Positions 1 to 8,564 of a DNA stretch of 43,080 nucleotides are shown piece after piece. The translations under genes and the position numbers were made by a program. Under the pieces are notes generated by a model that worked only from the letters and a program-made list of their open reading frames with translations, did no database searches and was not told where the DNA came from. Origin of the DNA: Clostridia bacterium. Lineage in GTDB: Bacteria; Bacillota; Clostridia; Oscillospirales; CAG-272. Where the stretch lies: contig JAFYTT010000374.1 in NCBI GenBank assembly GCA_017558715.1, positions 1 through 43,080 on the forward strand. The letters are read 5' to 3'. Every line of letters starts with the position of its first letter. Position 1 is the first letter of the stretch.

Positions 1-510
1 GTTGGAAATACCGACATACAGAGCGCGGCCGGAACGAACGATGTGATCGAGTGCCAGCGCGGTTTCCTCCATCGGCGTATCGGGGTCGGGTCTGTGGTGA
101 TAGAAGATATCGACGTAGTCAAGCTGCATGCGCTTCAGACTCTGATCAAGACTGGAAATGAGATACTTGCGGGAGCCGCCGTCACAGCCGTAAGGACCTG
201 CCCACATGCCGTAGCCGGCTTTGGTGGAAATGCAGAGCTCATCGCGGTACGGACGCATGGACTTTGCCATGACACGACCGAAATTCTCCTCCGCCGATCC
301 GCCGACGGGCTGACCGTAGTTGTTTGCAAGGTCAAAGTGAACGATACCGCCATCAAACGCGGTGTGGATCATCTCCTCAATGGTGTACATCGGTACGGTA
401 ACACCGAAGTTCTGCCAAAGACCGAGGGAAATTGCGGGCAGCTTCAGACCGGATCTGCCGAGGCGGTTGTAGGGCATTTTGGAATAACGCGCAGGATTTG
501 CACAATACAT
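1..510 (-). CDS. mgrA: Aldo/keto reductase, L-glyceraldehyde-3-phosphate reductase-like (partial; runs off left edge)
   Basis: Not in the ORF track; manual minus-strand translation from ATG 510 gives MYCANPARYSKMPYNRLGRSGLKLPAISLGLWQNFG...FDLANNYG...ISTKAGY...GGSRKYLISSLDQSLKRMQLDYVDIFYHHRPDP; AAGGAG RBS upstream. Confidence 0.9.
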   Translation of the reverse strand, partial: MYCANPARYSKMPYNRLGRSGLKLPAISLGLWQNFGVTVPMYTIEEMIHTAFDGGIVHFDLANNYGQPVGGSAEENFGRVMAKSMRPYRDELCISTKAGYGMWAGPYGCDGGSRKYLISSLDQSLKRMQLDYVDIFYHHRPDPDTPMEETALALDHIVRSGRALYVGISN

Positions 511-539
511 AAACAATCTCTCCTTGTTGTTTTTTGATC

Positions 540-568
540 ATTATAACATATCCTGTACCGCATTGCAA
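540..568 (-). promoter_or_regulatory. sigmaA-type promoter for the aldo-keto reductase
   Basis: TTGCAA-17 bp-TATAAT with TG extended -10 on the minus strand. Confidence 0.65.
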
Positions 569-638
569 GTCTATCCCGGAAATCTCTGCAAAACTGTCCG
601 TTTTTTCTTCGAGAACGCGGATTTTATCGGCAAACCTC

Positions 639-667
639 TTGATTTGTACATCATTTTATGCTATACT
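639..667 (+). promoter_or_regulatory. sigmaA-type promoter for cysE-cysS
   Basis: TTGATT-17 bp-TATACT with TG extension. Confidence 0.6.
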
Positions 668-751
668 TATTCTGTTATCATCGGGAATTTGTTCTCTGAA
701 AAACAGGCATCTTTCCCGTTTCATAACCTTGGATATAAGGAGACTTCATCT

Positions 752-1555
752 ATGGCACAAAAGCCTCAAAACAATAAAAATACCTGTTCTGCACTGATCG
801 GTGACGTCTGCGACACGTTCCGCTGGGCAGGCACACAGATCCGCAAAAACGCAGATCAGATTCCCGCGGCAGGTAAGGTCATCGCCGCCATCGACGAGAT
901 CCGCGACGAGGTTCGTGTTGTCAAGGAACGCGACCCTGCGGCAACGTCCGATCTCGAAGTGCTGCTGCTCTACTCCGGTCTGCATGCGGTGCTCGCGCAC
1001 AAAATTTCCCACAGACTGTATAAAAAAGGACACTTCTTCTCCGCACGTGCTGTCAGCCAGGCGGCAAGAGCGATCACCGGCATTGAAATCCACCCGGGTG
1101 CAACCATCGGCAAAGGATTCTTTATCGACCACGGAGCCGGGGTTGTCATCGGTGAAACGGCGGAGATCGGCGACAACTGTACGCTCTATCAGGGCGTGAC
1201 CCTTGGCGGTACCGGTAAGGATACAGGCAAACGTCACCCGACGCTCGGCAACGGCGTTATGGTCGGTGCGGGAGCCAAGGTACTCGGTCCGTTCAAGATC
1301 GGCGACAACGCCAAGATCGCGGCAGGTGCTGTTGTTCTTGAAGCGATTCCCGAGGACTGTACGGCAGTCGGTATTCCCGCGCGCGTTGTCAAGTGCAAGA
1401 ACAGCAAGATCAACTGCGAAGCAAACAAAAACCTCGACCATGTCCACATTCCCGACCCCGTTTCACAGGAGCTTTGTAAGCTTCGCGAGCAGCTGCGCCG
1501 TCTGGAAGAGGAAATCGATCGCATGAAAACAGAAGAATCACAGAAAGAGAGCTAA
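752..1555 (+). CDS. cysE: Serine O-acetyltransferase
   Basis: ERDPAA, GIEIHPGATIG, FIDHG, GVTLGGTGK, KRHPT hexapeptide motifs; start moved to ATG 752 behind AAGGAG; adjacent to cysS. Confidence 0.95.
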   Translation: MAQKPQNNKNTCSALIGDVCDTFRWAGTQIRKNADQIPAAGKVIAAIDEIRDEVRVVKERDPAATSDLEVLLLYSGLHAVLAHKISHRLYKKGHFFSARAVSQAARAITGIEIHPGATIGKGFFIDHGAGVVIGETAEIGDNCTLYQGVTLGGTGKDTGKRHPTLGNGVMVGAGAKVLGPFKIGDNAKIAAGAVVLEAIPEDCTAVGIPARVVKCKNSKINCEANKNLDHVHIPDPVSQELCKLREQLRRLEEEIDRMKTEESQKES

Positions 1556-1559
1556 CAAT

Positions 1560-3023
1560 ATGAAATTATATAATTCCTTAACCCATACCCGCGACGAATT
1601 CGTCACCCACGAGCCGGGCAAGGTGACCATGTACACCTGCGGTCCGACCGTATATCACTTTGCACACATCGGCAACCTCCGCTCCTATATCATGGAAGAC
1701 GTGCTGGAAAAGTACCTGTCCTATGCGGGCTATGATGTCAAACGTGCAATGAACATCACCGACGTCGGTCATCTGTCCTCGGACGGCGATACCGGTGAAG
1801 ACAAAATGCTGAAAGGTGCAAAGCGCGAGCACAAGACCGTCATGGAAATCGCGCAGTATTATACCGACGCATTTTTTGCAGACTGCGCAAAGCTGAACAT
1901 CAAGATTCCCGAAATCGTCGTTCCGGCAACGTCTTATGTCGATCACTTCATTGAAATGGTCGAAAAGCTGATCGCCGACGGCTATGCGTATGAAGCAGGC
2001 GGCAACATCTACTTCGATACCTCCAAGCTCGACGAATATTATGTCTTCAACAAGCAGAACCAGGAGGATCTGGCTGTCGGTGTCCGTGAGGGCGTTGAAG
2101 AAGATGGCAACAAGCGCAACAAGTGCGACTTCGTCCTGTGGTTCACCAAGTCCAAGTTTGACGATCAGGAACTGAAGTGGGATTCTCCGTGGGGCGTCGG
2201 CTATCCCGGCTGGCACATCGAATGTTCCGCAATTTCTCTGAACACGCTCGGCGAATACCTTGACCTGCACTGCGGCGGTATCGACAATGCATTCCCGCAC
2301 CATACCAATGAAATCGCGCAGTCTGAAGCTTACCTCGGTCACAAGTGGTGCTCCCAGTGGTTCCATGTCCTGCATCTGAATACCAACGACGGCAAGATGT
2401 CCAAGTCCAAGGGTGAATTTTTGACCGTTTCTCTGCTCGAGGAAAAGGGCTACGATCCGCTCGTTTACCGTTTCTTCTGCCTGCAGTCTCACTACAGAAA
2501 GTCCCTCGTCTTCTCCTGGGAGGGTCTTGACAACGCGCGTGTTTCCTATGACAAGCTCATCGACCGTATCGCATCTCTTGTCCCCGGCGGAGAAGTCAAC
2601 GAAGCGGCTTGCGAAAAACAGCTGAAGGCTTTTGCCGATGCGATGGACAATGACCTCAACACAGCAATGGCTGTCACAGCACTTTACGATGTCCTCAAGG
2701 CAAAGATTTCCGACGCAGACAAGCTGTGGCTGTTTGAACGCTTTGATTCCGTTCTGTCCGTCGGTCTGCTTGACGCGGCAGCAAAGAAGCGCGAAGCACT
2801 TGCACGCGAAAAGGCAGAAGCGGAAGCCGCTGCAGCCGCCGAAAGAGCAGAGGCCATGAAGGATCCGTTCGTTGCGGAAATCTATGCGGCAATTGACGAA
2901 CGCGCGGCTGCCAAGAAGGCAAAGAACTTCGCACGTGCCGATGAAATCCGCGCAGAGCTGCTTGCAAAGGGCGTTACGCTGATCGATACCCCGCAGGGAA
3001 CGACTTATAAGATCGGTGAATAA
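1560..3023 (+). CDS. cysS: Cysteine--tRNA ligase
   Basis: CGPTVY, HIGN (HIGH motif), PGWHIEC, FPHH.NE, KMSKS. Confidence 0.97.
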   Translation: MKLYNSLTHTRDEFVTHEPGKVTMYTCGPTVYHFAHIGNLRSYIMEDVLEKYLSYAGYDVKRAMNITDVGHLSSDGDTGEDKMLKGAKREHKTVMEIAQYYTDAFFADCAKLNIKIPEIVVPATSYVDHFIEMVEKLIADGYAYEAGGNIYFDTSKLDEYYVFNKQNQEDLAVGVREGVEEDGNKRNKCDFVLWFTKSKFDDQELKWDSPWGVGYPGWHIECSAISLNTLGEYLDLHCGGIDNAFPHHTNEIAQSEAYLGHKWCSQWFHVLHLNTNDGKMSKSKGEFLTVSLLEEKGYDPLVYRFFCLQSHYRKSLVFSWEGLDNARVSYDKLIDRIASLVPGGEVNEAACEKQLKAFADAMDNDLNTAMAVTALYDVLKAKISDADKLWLFERFDSVLSVGLLDAAAKKREALAREKAEAEAAAAAERAEAMKDPFVAEIYAAIDERAAAKKAKNFARADEIRAELLAKGVTLIDTPQGTTYKIGE

Positions 3024-3038
3024 ATTTTCTGTATCCCC

Positions 3039-3074
3039 GGATCGTGTTCTTCACAGAGCACGATCCTCTTTTTT
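3039..3074 (+). terminator. Intrinsic terminator after cysS
   Basis: GGATCGTGTTCT-tcac-AGAGCACGATCC followed by TCTTTTTT. Confidence 0.8.
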
Positions 3075-3090
3075 GCCAATCACGAAAGAA

Positions 3091-3132
3091 TTGACAAATC
3101 CGTGCTTTTTGTGGTATAATAACAAAAAGCAC
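3091..3132 (+). promoter_or_regulatory. Consensus sigmaA promoter of the CotH pair with an inverted repeat around the -10 box
   Basis: TTGACA(3091)-18 bp-TATAAT(3115) with TG; GTGCTTTTTGT(3102-3112)/ACAAAAAGCAC(3122-3132) perfect 11-bp inverted repeat. Confidence 0.75.
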
Positions 3133-3165
3133 AATCCCGATCAAAGCACAGAGGAGGTGTTCCCG

Positions 3166-4716
3166 ATGAAACGTATGATTCTATATATTCTCATCCTGTT
3201 CTGTGTTTTGACCGTATGCACGGGCTGCCGCGAAAACACGCTGTCTGACGTGCCGTCGACAGAACCGCTCACCGACACCACCGGGTTCGAGATCCGTTAC
3301 CGCATCTGTGCCACCGGCGGCGGACGAATCGATGGCTGGACATCACAGCACGGTCAGACGGGCGAGGAAGCCCAAATGGCAGTCACCGCAATCCCGAAAT
3401 TCGGGTATCGGTTTTCCGGCTGGAGCGACGGTGTCAAGGAGGCAGAACGGCACGATACCTTCGGAGAAACCGATCAGACAATCATCGCCAACTTCTCCTT
3501 TGACCGCAGAGAGCTCCCCATTCTGTCCATCATCACCGCCACGGGAAAAGACGTAACCTCCAAGGACATCTATACCGACGCGACGGTTTCCCTATGCAAT
3601 ACCGGCTATGCCGCACATGAAATGAGCGGTGTATCAGCCGATATCCGCGGTCGCGGCAACGCCACATGGACCCATGAAAAATTATCCTACCGCATCCGTT
3701 TCGACAAGAAGCAGCAGCCGCTCGGACTGGGTACTGCGCCTGACCGCACATGGGTGCTGATGGCAAACCACTGCGATCAGACCCTTCTGCGAAACGCCCT
3801 TGCCGTCGATCTTGCCAATCGCCTCGACGGCATCGATTTCAATGCATCCGCCGCACATGTGGAGTTGTATCTCAACGGAGAATACCGCGGTGTTTATCTG
3901 CTGACCGAACAGATTCAGGTCGATGCCGCGCGCGTCGACATCGGAGCAGAAGAAGAGGGTTATGATCCGATGGCAGTCGATGCGGGATTTTTGGTCGAGC
4001 TTGACAGCTATTCCGAACCGCCCTATGAATTTCATATCGATGACAAGCGCTATCAAGTCAAAAGTGAAATCCGCACAAACGAACAGTTTGACTATATCCG
4101 CGATTATATCACCAAAACCAATGCAGCTATCCGCGGAGGAGACCGTGACACGATCACCGCACTGGTCGATCTGGACTCCTTCATCGACGGCTATATTTTA
4201 GAGGAATATTTCAAAAACATCGATGTCGGCTGGTCTTCCTTCTATATGCACAAAAAACCCGGAGGAAAGCTGATTCTCGGTCCGTTCTGGGACTTTGATT
4301 TGGCGGCAGGAAACGACCACCGACTGGACAACGGCTCTGCGGAGGGACTGTACGTCGGACGCTACCGCCGCGACTTCAGCCAATACCACCCGTGGTTTAC
4401 CGCACTTGCGGAACAGGCATGGTTTCGCCTGGAAGTCATGAACCGCTGGGAACAAATTCGTCCGCACATTGATGCCAACCTTGCGTATCTTGACCATATC
4501 GCCGCATCTGCACCGCTTGCATTTGCGCGGAATTTTGAGCAATGGGAGATTTTCGGTCATCGTATCAACCAGGAGCCGGAGCATATCATGGCGCTGGACT
4601 CCTGGGAGGAACATGTCACCACCCTGCGCCAATGGCTTGTCACACGCGCGGCATGGCTTGACAACTGCTTTGCATCCGAGGAAGCATTCGAGGGTGCGCT
4701 CCGCAAAAGACGGTAA
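3166..4716 (+). CDS. CotH-kinase-family lipoprotein with an N-terminal InlB-B-repeat-like domain
   Basis: GAGGAGG RBS; signal peptide ending CTG-C; VTAIPKFGYRFSGWSDG domain; RGRGNATW, WVLMAN, LYLNGEYRGVY, GPFWDFDLAAGN CotH motifs. Confidence 0.85.
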   Translation: MKRMILYILILFCVLTVCTGCRENTLSDVPSTEPLTDTTGFEIRYRICATGGGRIDGWTSQHGQTGEEAQMAVTAIPKFGYRFSGWSDGVKEAERHDTFGETDQTIIANFSFDRRELPILSIITATGKDVTSKDIYTDATVSLCNTGYAAHEMSGVSADIRGRGNATWTHEKLSYRIRFDKKQQPLGLGTAPDRTWVLMANHCDQTLLRNALAVDLANRLDGIDFNASAAHVELYLNGEYRGVYLLTEQIQVDAARVDIGAEEEGYDPMAVDAGFLVELDSYSEPPYEFHIDDKRYQVKSEIRTNEQFDYIRDYITKTNAAIRGGDRDTITALVDLDSFIDGYILEEYFKNIDVGWSSFYMHKKPGGKLILGPFWDFDLAAGNDHRLDNGSAEGLYVGRYRRDFSQYHPWFTALAEQAWFRLEVMNRWEQIRPHIDANLAYLDHIAASAPLAFARNFEQWEIFGHRINQEPEHIMALDSWEEHVTTLRQWLVTRAAWLDNCFASEEAFEGALRKRR

Positions 4717-4767
4717 GCCTGCAGGCAATCGTCGTACCCCATGGAAAGAAGAAAGGAAACACCGATC

Positions 4768-6321
4768 ATGAAACTGTGGATTCGTGTTCTGCAGCTGGTT
4801 GCCGTATTGGCGCTTCTCTGTACGCTTTGTGCATGTGCCGCCGATACACCGGTCGGGAATGAACCGACACCGATCCCCGATCAAACCGCAATCACCTATA
4901 AAATCTGCCGTACGGGCGGCGGGAAAATCGACGGCTGGACCTCCCAGCACGGTGCGCCCGGAACAACGGCAAAACGCGAGGTCACGGCGATACCGAAATT
5001 CGGCTACATCTTTACGGGCTGGAGCGACGGCGTAACGGAAGCCTCGCGTACCGATGTCTTCGGCACAGAGGACAAAACCGTCACAGCAAACTTCTCCTTT
5101 GACCGCAAAAACATGCCGATTATTTCAATCGTGACAGAAACCGGAGACGATGTCACCTCCAAGGACACCTACATCGGTGCCACGGTTTCCGTCTGCAATA
5201 CAGGCAACGCCGCATGGGAGCTTTCCGGTGCGGCTGCGGAAATCAAGGGACGCGGCAACGGCACGTGGACCTACAACAAAAAATCCTATCGCCTGCACTT
5301 TGAACAAAAGCAGAATCTGCTCGGCCTGGGAGACGCGGAAGACCGCACATGGATTCTGATGGCAAACCATGCGGACCGATCCATGCTCCGCAACTATCTC
5401 GCCATCGATCTGATCAACCGTATTCCGGGCATGGGCTACAACAATCATGCCACCCACGTGGAAGTCTACTTAAACGGCGAATACCACGGTGTCTACCTGC
5501 TGGCAGAACAGATTCAGGTCGATGCGCACCGCGTTGATATCGGGCAGGAAACGCTTGCCGATCCCGAAGCGGAAGACGCAGGATTTCTCGTCGAGATGGA
5601 CGAATACGAAAGTGAGGAAACCAACTACTTCTATGTTGAAGGCAAAGCGTATCTGATCAAAAGCGACATCCTCAACGACGCACAGTTTGCCTACATCAAA
5701 AACTACATTGCCGATGTCGATCATGCGATCCGTGAAGGTGACCGTGAAGCACTGGAAGCACTGACCGATCTCGATTCGTTTGTCAACGGCTATATTGTCG
5801 AGGAATTTTTCAAGAATCTCGATGCCGGCTGGTCGTCCTTCTATATGTACAAAAAGCCGGGCGAAAAGATGATTTTCGGACCGTTCTGGGACTTTGACCT
5901 TGCCGCAGGCAACAACATCAGCCTTGACAACGGCGCACCGGAAGGCATCTACGTCGGTCGTGAGCTTGGATTCTCCCAGCGCCATGTCTGGTATACACAA
6001 ATTACGAACTACGAATGGTTCCGCGAGTTGGCTGTCGAGCGCTGGAACGAGCTTCTGCCGTATATCGACGAAACCATTGCCCATGCCGAGAGTTTTCTTG
6101 AAATGCCGACCGACGCATTTGACCGCAACTATGTTGCCTGGTCGATGAGTGAATACTTCTGGCATTTTACAGAGGAAATCTTTTCCTTTACCACATGGAA
6201 GGAGCATGCCTCCGATCTGTGTGACTGGATGAAGACCCGCCGCGATTGGCTGGATGACTATTTCAAAGGTGACGACCCGCTCGTCTTTGAAGCCTACCGA
6301 CCGCATCGTCCGCGTCATTGA
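4768..6321 (+). CDS. Second CotH-kinase-family lipoprotein (tandem paralog)
   Basis: Signal peptide ending LCA-C; same domain order; KGRGNGTW, YLNGEYHGVY, GPFWDFDLAAGN; alternative ATG at 4741. Confidence 0.85.
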   Translation: MKLWIRVLQLVAVLALLCTLCACAADTPVGNEPTPIPDQTAITYKICRTGGGKIDGWTSQHGAPGTTAKREVTAIPKFGYIFTGWSDGVTEASRTDVFGTEDKTVTANFSFDRKNMPIISIVTETGDDVTSKDTYIGATVSVCNTGNAAWELSGAAAEIKGRGNGTWTYNKKSYRLHFEQKQNLLGLGDAEDRTWILMANHADRSMLRNYLAIDLINRIPGMGYNNHATHVEVYLNGEYHGVYLLAEQIQVDAHRVDIGQETLADPEAEDAGFLVEMDEYESEETNYFYVEGKAYLIKSDILNDAQFAYIKNYIADVDHAIREGDREALEALTDLDSFVNGYIVEEFFKNLDAGWSSFYMYKKPGEKMIFGPFWDFDLAAGNNISLDNGAPEGIYVGRELGFSQRHVWYTQITNYEWFRELAVERWNELLPYIDETIAHAESFLEMPTDAFDRNYVAWSMSEYFWHFTEEIFSFTTWKEHASDLCDWMKTRRDWLDDYFKGDDPLVFEAYRPHRPRH

Positions 6322-6334
6322 TATTTCAAAATGG

Positions 6335-6382
6335 AAAGACACCCCGCAAGCGATCTGTCATATCGCTGTGAGGTGTCTTTTT
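6335..6382. terminator. Probable bidirectional terminator hairpin
   Basis: AAAGACACC..AGCGAT-loop-ATCGCT..GGTGTCTTTTT between convergent transcription units. Confidence 0.7.
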
Positions 6383-6547
6383 GATTTATGAGAATGTCGT
6401 TTCTGCGGTGAGGTCAGCACCGTATCGCGTTCTGCGGTTCAAACCGTCATACCGCCGTCGGACAGTCTCCGTCCTGATAGGATACGGCCATTTTACCGAT
6501 ACCGCTGTCATCGGGCGTTCTCTGCGGCAGGGGATAGGACCGTCCTC
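6335..6547 (-). ncRNA. Candidate structured small RNA (~210 nt), family unassigned
   Basis: Bounded by its own extended -10 promoter and a terminator; no ORF with an RBS; ends can pair; three CCGCAG..AACG repeats. Confidence 0.35.
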
Positions 6548-6553
6548 AACCAC

Positions 6554-6582
6554 AGTATACCACAGATCGGTGCAAAAATCCA
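6554..6582 (-). promoter_or_regulatory. Putative promoter of the candidate sRNA
   Basis: TGGATT-17 bp-TATACT with TG extension; CTGTGGT direct repeat with 10-bp period across the -10 box. Confidence 0.5.
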
Positions 6583-6612
6583 TGAAAACCGTCCGACAAA
6601 GTTTGCACAGGA

Positions 6613-7599
6613 TCAGTTTTCTGCAATCAATGCTTCATACCGCGCCTTGGTCTCACCGAGTGTCGCAACACCCATAGACTGACGCTCCGCATAGTTTGCC
6701 ATCATCGGACGCCATACCGTCTGCATCATGCCGCACAGAAGCGATTTGTCCATATTGGCCGCGGCATAATCGGCGATTTTTTCAAAATTATCGCGCCGCG
6801 ACCAGACACTGCCTGTCGGAACCTGCTCAAAGCCGCCCTCCTCCAGTGCCGCAAAGCCGCGGATATAGACGGAATCCTCGTCCTGAAAGCCGTCATAGTA
6901 CCAGTTGGACTGCAACACATCGCGCGACATCTTACGTAGGAATTCTTCCTCGTGATGCCAGATGTAATCGGACCAGATCCACGGTCTTGCGCCGCGCCGC
7001 AGGGTTGTGCGGACAAGGTAATTCAGGTCATACCACCACTGTTCTCCCTGACGGATGATCGCAACGTTGTATCCGCTCTGATGACCGAAGGTTTCCTCAT
7101 CCATGCCGAGATGGAACAGACGCGGATTTCCGAACACTTCGCAGACCTCGGTGATCACATCCTCGCAGAAGCGATAATACGGTGTGGTCGATACCATGCG
7201 TCCGTATTCTCCCATCCATTCATCGTGACATGCCGAGAAATTGAGCTTCGGGATTGCCTCAATGCCGAGCATTTTCAGATTGAAGATTTCTTCCTGCAGA
7301 ATATCCTTTGTCCATGCGCCCTTGCAGGCAATTTCGGGATGGCTTTCATACTGCAGACCTTCTCCGATATCGAGAACGATCATATTGCATCCCGCAGCGG
7401 CAAGATCCTTTGTCGTCTTATGCCACAGATCGAGATCGAACCGCAGATGATCCTCCGCACAGACCTGCGTCAGGCTCTGCGGAATGCCGGGAACGCCGCG
7501 CTTGTCTCTGACCGGATCCGCCCACATATTATAACCGAGATGCGCTAAAAATGCCCAGTGAAACTGCTTCTGATCGAGAAATACGCTGTCGTTGTACAT
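6613..7599 (-). CDS. GH20-like TIM-barrel glycoside hydrolase (cytoplasmic)
   Basis: YESHPEI, IPKLNF..CHD and FHLGMDEE (HxGxDE catalytic pair typical of GH20-like enzymes); no signal peptide. Confidence 0.65.
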   Translation of the reverse strand: MYNDSVFLDQKQFHWAFLAHLGYNMWADPVRDKRGVPGIPQSLTQVCAEDHLRFDLDLWHKTTKDLAAAGCNMIVLDIGEGLQYESHPEIACKGAWTKDILQEEIFNLKMLGIEAIPKLNFSACHDEWMGEYGRMVSTTPYYRFCEDVITEVCEVFGNPRLFHLGMDEETFGHQSGYNVAIIRQGEQWWYDLNYLVRTTLRRGARPWIWSDYIWHHEEEFLRKMSRDVLQSNWYYDGFQDEDSVYIRGFAALEEGGFEQVPTGSVWSRRDNFEKIADYAAANMDKSLLCGMMQTVWRPMMANYAERQSMGVATLGETKARYEALIAEN

Positions 7600-7620
7600 G
7601 GCAATTGCCTCCGTGCCGCG

Positions 7621-8379
7621 TTATGCTTCGTAATATGCGCCGCCGATCTTCTGCAGCTTGACGAGCAGATCGGTGTTGACAACCTCGCCTTCCTTGACAT
7701 CGTCGGGCATGAAGTTGTTGCCGACCGGTGTTCTGCCAAGCAGCGTCTTGAACCAGACACAGGCAAGCAGATAGCGTCCGTAAACCAGGTGCATATGGAA
7801 TGCATCACGGTACAGAGACTGACCGCCCTTGGCAGGATCGAATTCCGCCAGCTGCTTTGCCGCATGGATCGCCTCACCCGACGGAATGATCGTCAGGTCA
7901 TTTTCCTTTGCCATTGCACGGCAGGTATTCTTGACTCGCTCAAACATGACATTCGGATCACAGCCGTATTCCGGGAAACCGCCGTGGTTCGAGCCGATCT
8001 CATATTCCCAGGTTTCCTGGAAATAAAGACGTGCATTCGGACAAAGCGCGCGGATGGCGGTCAGCAGATTGGACAGAAAAGGCTCAAAGGACTCGGGCTT
8101 GCCTGCCAGATGGGAAACCTGCTGGATCGTGATGATATCCCAATCATCTTCCATCAGACCCTGCGTCAGCGTATATTCGTTTGCCTTCCAGACACCGTCG
8201 ATCTCCAGCGCATAATTCTTGTCATCGTTTTTGAAGTAATTCCAGTGCTGCTCCAGAGAACAGCCGCCGATTTCAAGGTTATGGGTGAGGATATCGACAC
8301 CCGCCGCCTTTGCAAAACGGGTCAGATAACGCTGTGCATCCTGAGAAAAGCTGTTGCCGATCGATAAAATTTTCAACAT
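7621..8379 (-). CDS. DUF4886 / SGNH-hydrolase-like esterase
   Basis: ILSIGNSFS block I, IGGCSL, WDIITIQQ.S, RDAFH (DxxH). Confidence 0.8.
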   Translation of the reverse strand: MLKILSIGNSFSQDAQRYLTRFAKAAGVDILTHNLEIGGCSLEQHWNYFKNDDKNYALEIDGVWKANEYTLTQGLMEDDWDIITIQQVSHLAGKPESFEPFLSNLLTAIRALCPNARLYFQETWEYEIGSNHGGFPEYGCDPNVMFERVKNTCRAMAKENDLTIIPSGEAIHAAKQLAEFDPAKGGQSLYRDAFHMHLVYGRYLLACVWFKTLLGRTPVGNNFMPDDVKEGEVVNTDLLVKLQKIGGAYYEA

Positions 8380-8418
8380 GATAAATGGTTCCTTTCGGTA
8401 AAAAATAGATTTGACTAC

Positions 8419-8447
8419 AGTATATCACACTTTTTTGCAAGATGCAA
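8419..8447 (-). promoter_or_regulatory. sigmaA-type promoter for the DUF4886-GH20-like pair
   Basis: TTGCAT-17 bp-TATACT with TG. Confidence 0.6.
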
Positions 8448-8464
8448 GAGGAAAAACAAATTTC

Positions 8465-8489
8465 AATTCCTATAATTTTCATAGGAATT
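8465..8489. promoter_or_regulatory. Operator-like inverted repeat between divergent promoters
   Basis: AATTCCTAT-7 bp-ATAGGAATT perfect 9-bp arms. Confidence 0.5.
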
Positions 8490-8494
8490 TCATC

Positions 8495-8523
8495 TTGACA
8501 AACACCGCAGCAAGGTATATAAT
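8495..8523 (+). promoter_or_regulatory. Consensus sigmaA promoter of copA with a CsoR-like operator in the spacer
   Basis: TTGACA-17 bp-TATAAT; ACACC-N7-GGTAT at 8502-8518 resembles the ATACC-N7-GGTAT CsoR box. Confidence 0.7.
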
Positions 8524-8564
8524 ATAGTTGTATCATTATCCAACCAAAACAGAAAGGATTATCC

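Noticed and set aside
43-537. 164-aa plus-strand ORF
   Set aside because: Antisense shadow of the minus-strand aldo-keto reductase, which has clear motifs, RBS and promoter
524-751. Long N-terminal extensions in the ORF track (also at 3016, 11766, 18005, 18935, 23438, 27461, 32693, 41700)
   Set aside because: They run through promoters, terminators or neighbouring genes; downstream starts have proper RBS or operon spacing
6500-6555. Resemblance of TGTGGTTGA..CGCAG to the raiA RNA motif
   Set aside because: Only a few nucleotides match from memory and the rest does not; cannot be supported without a covariance-model search
6386-6583. 65-aa minus ORF and 98-aa plus ORF (6381-6677) in the intergenic gap
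   Set aside because: No RBS; the minus ORF starts inside the predicted promoter and the plus ORF overlaps the GH20-like gene; an RNA interpretation is preferred, though a peptide is not excluded
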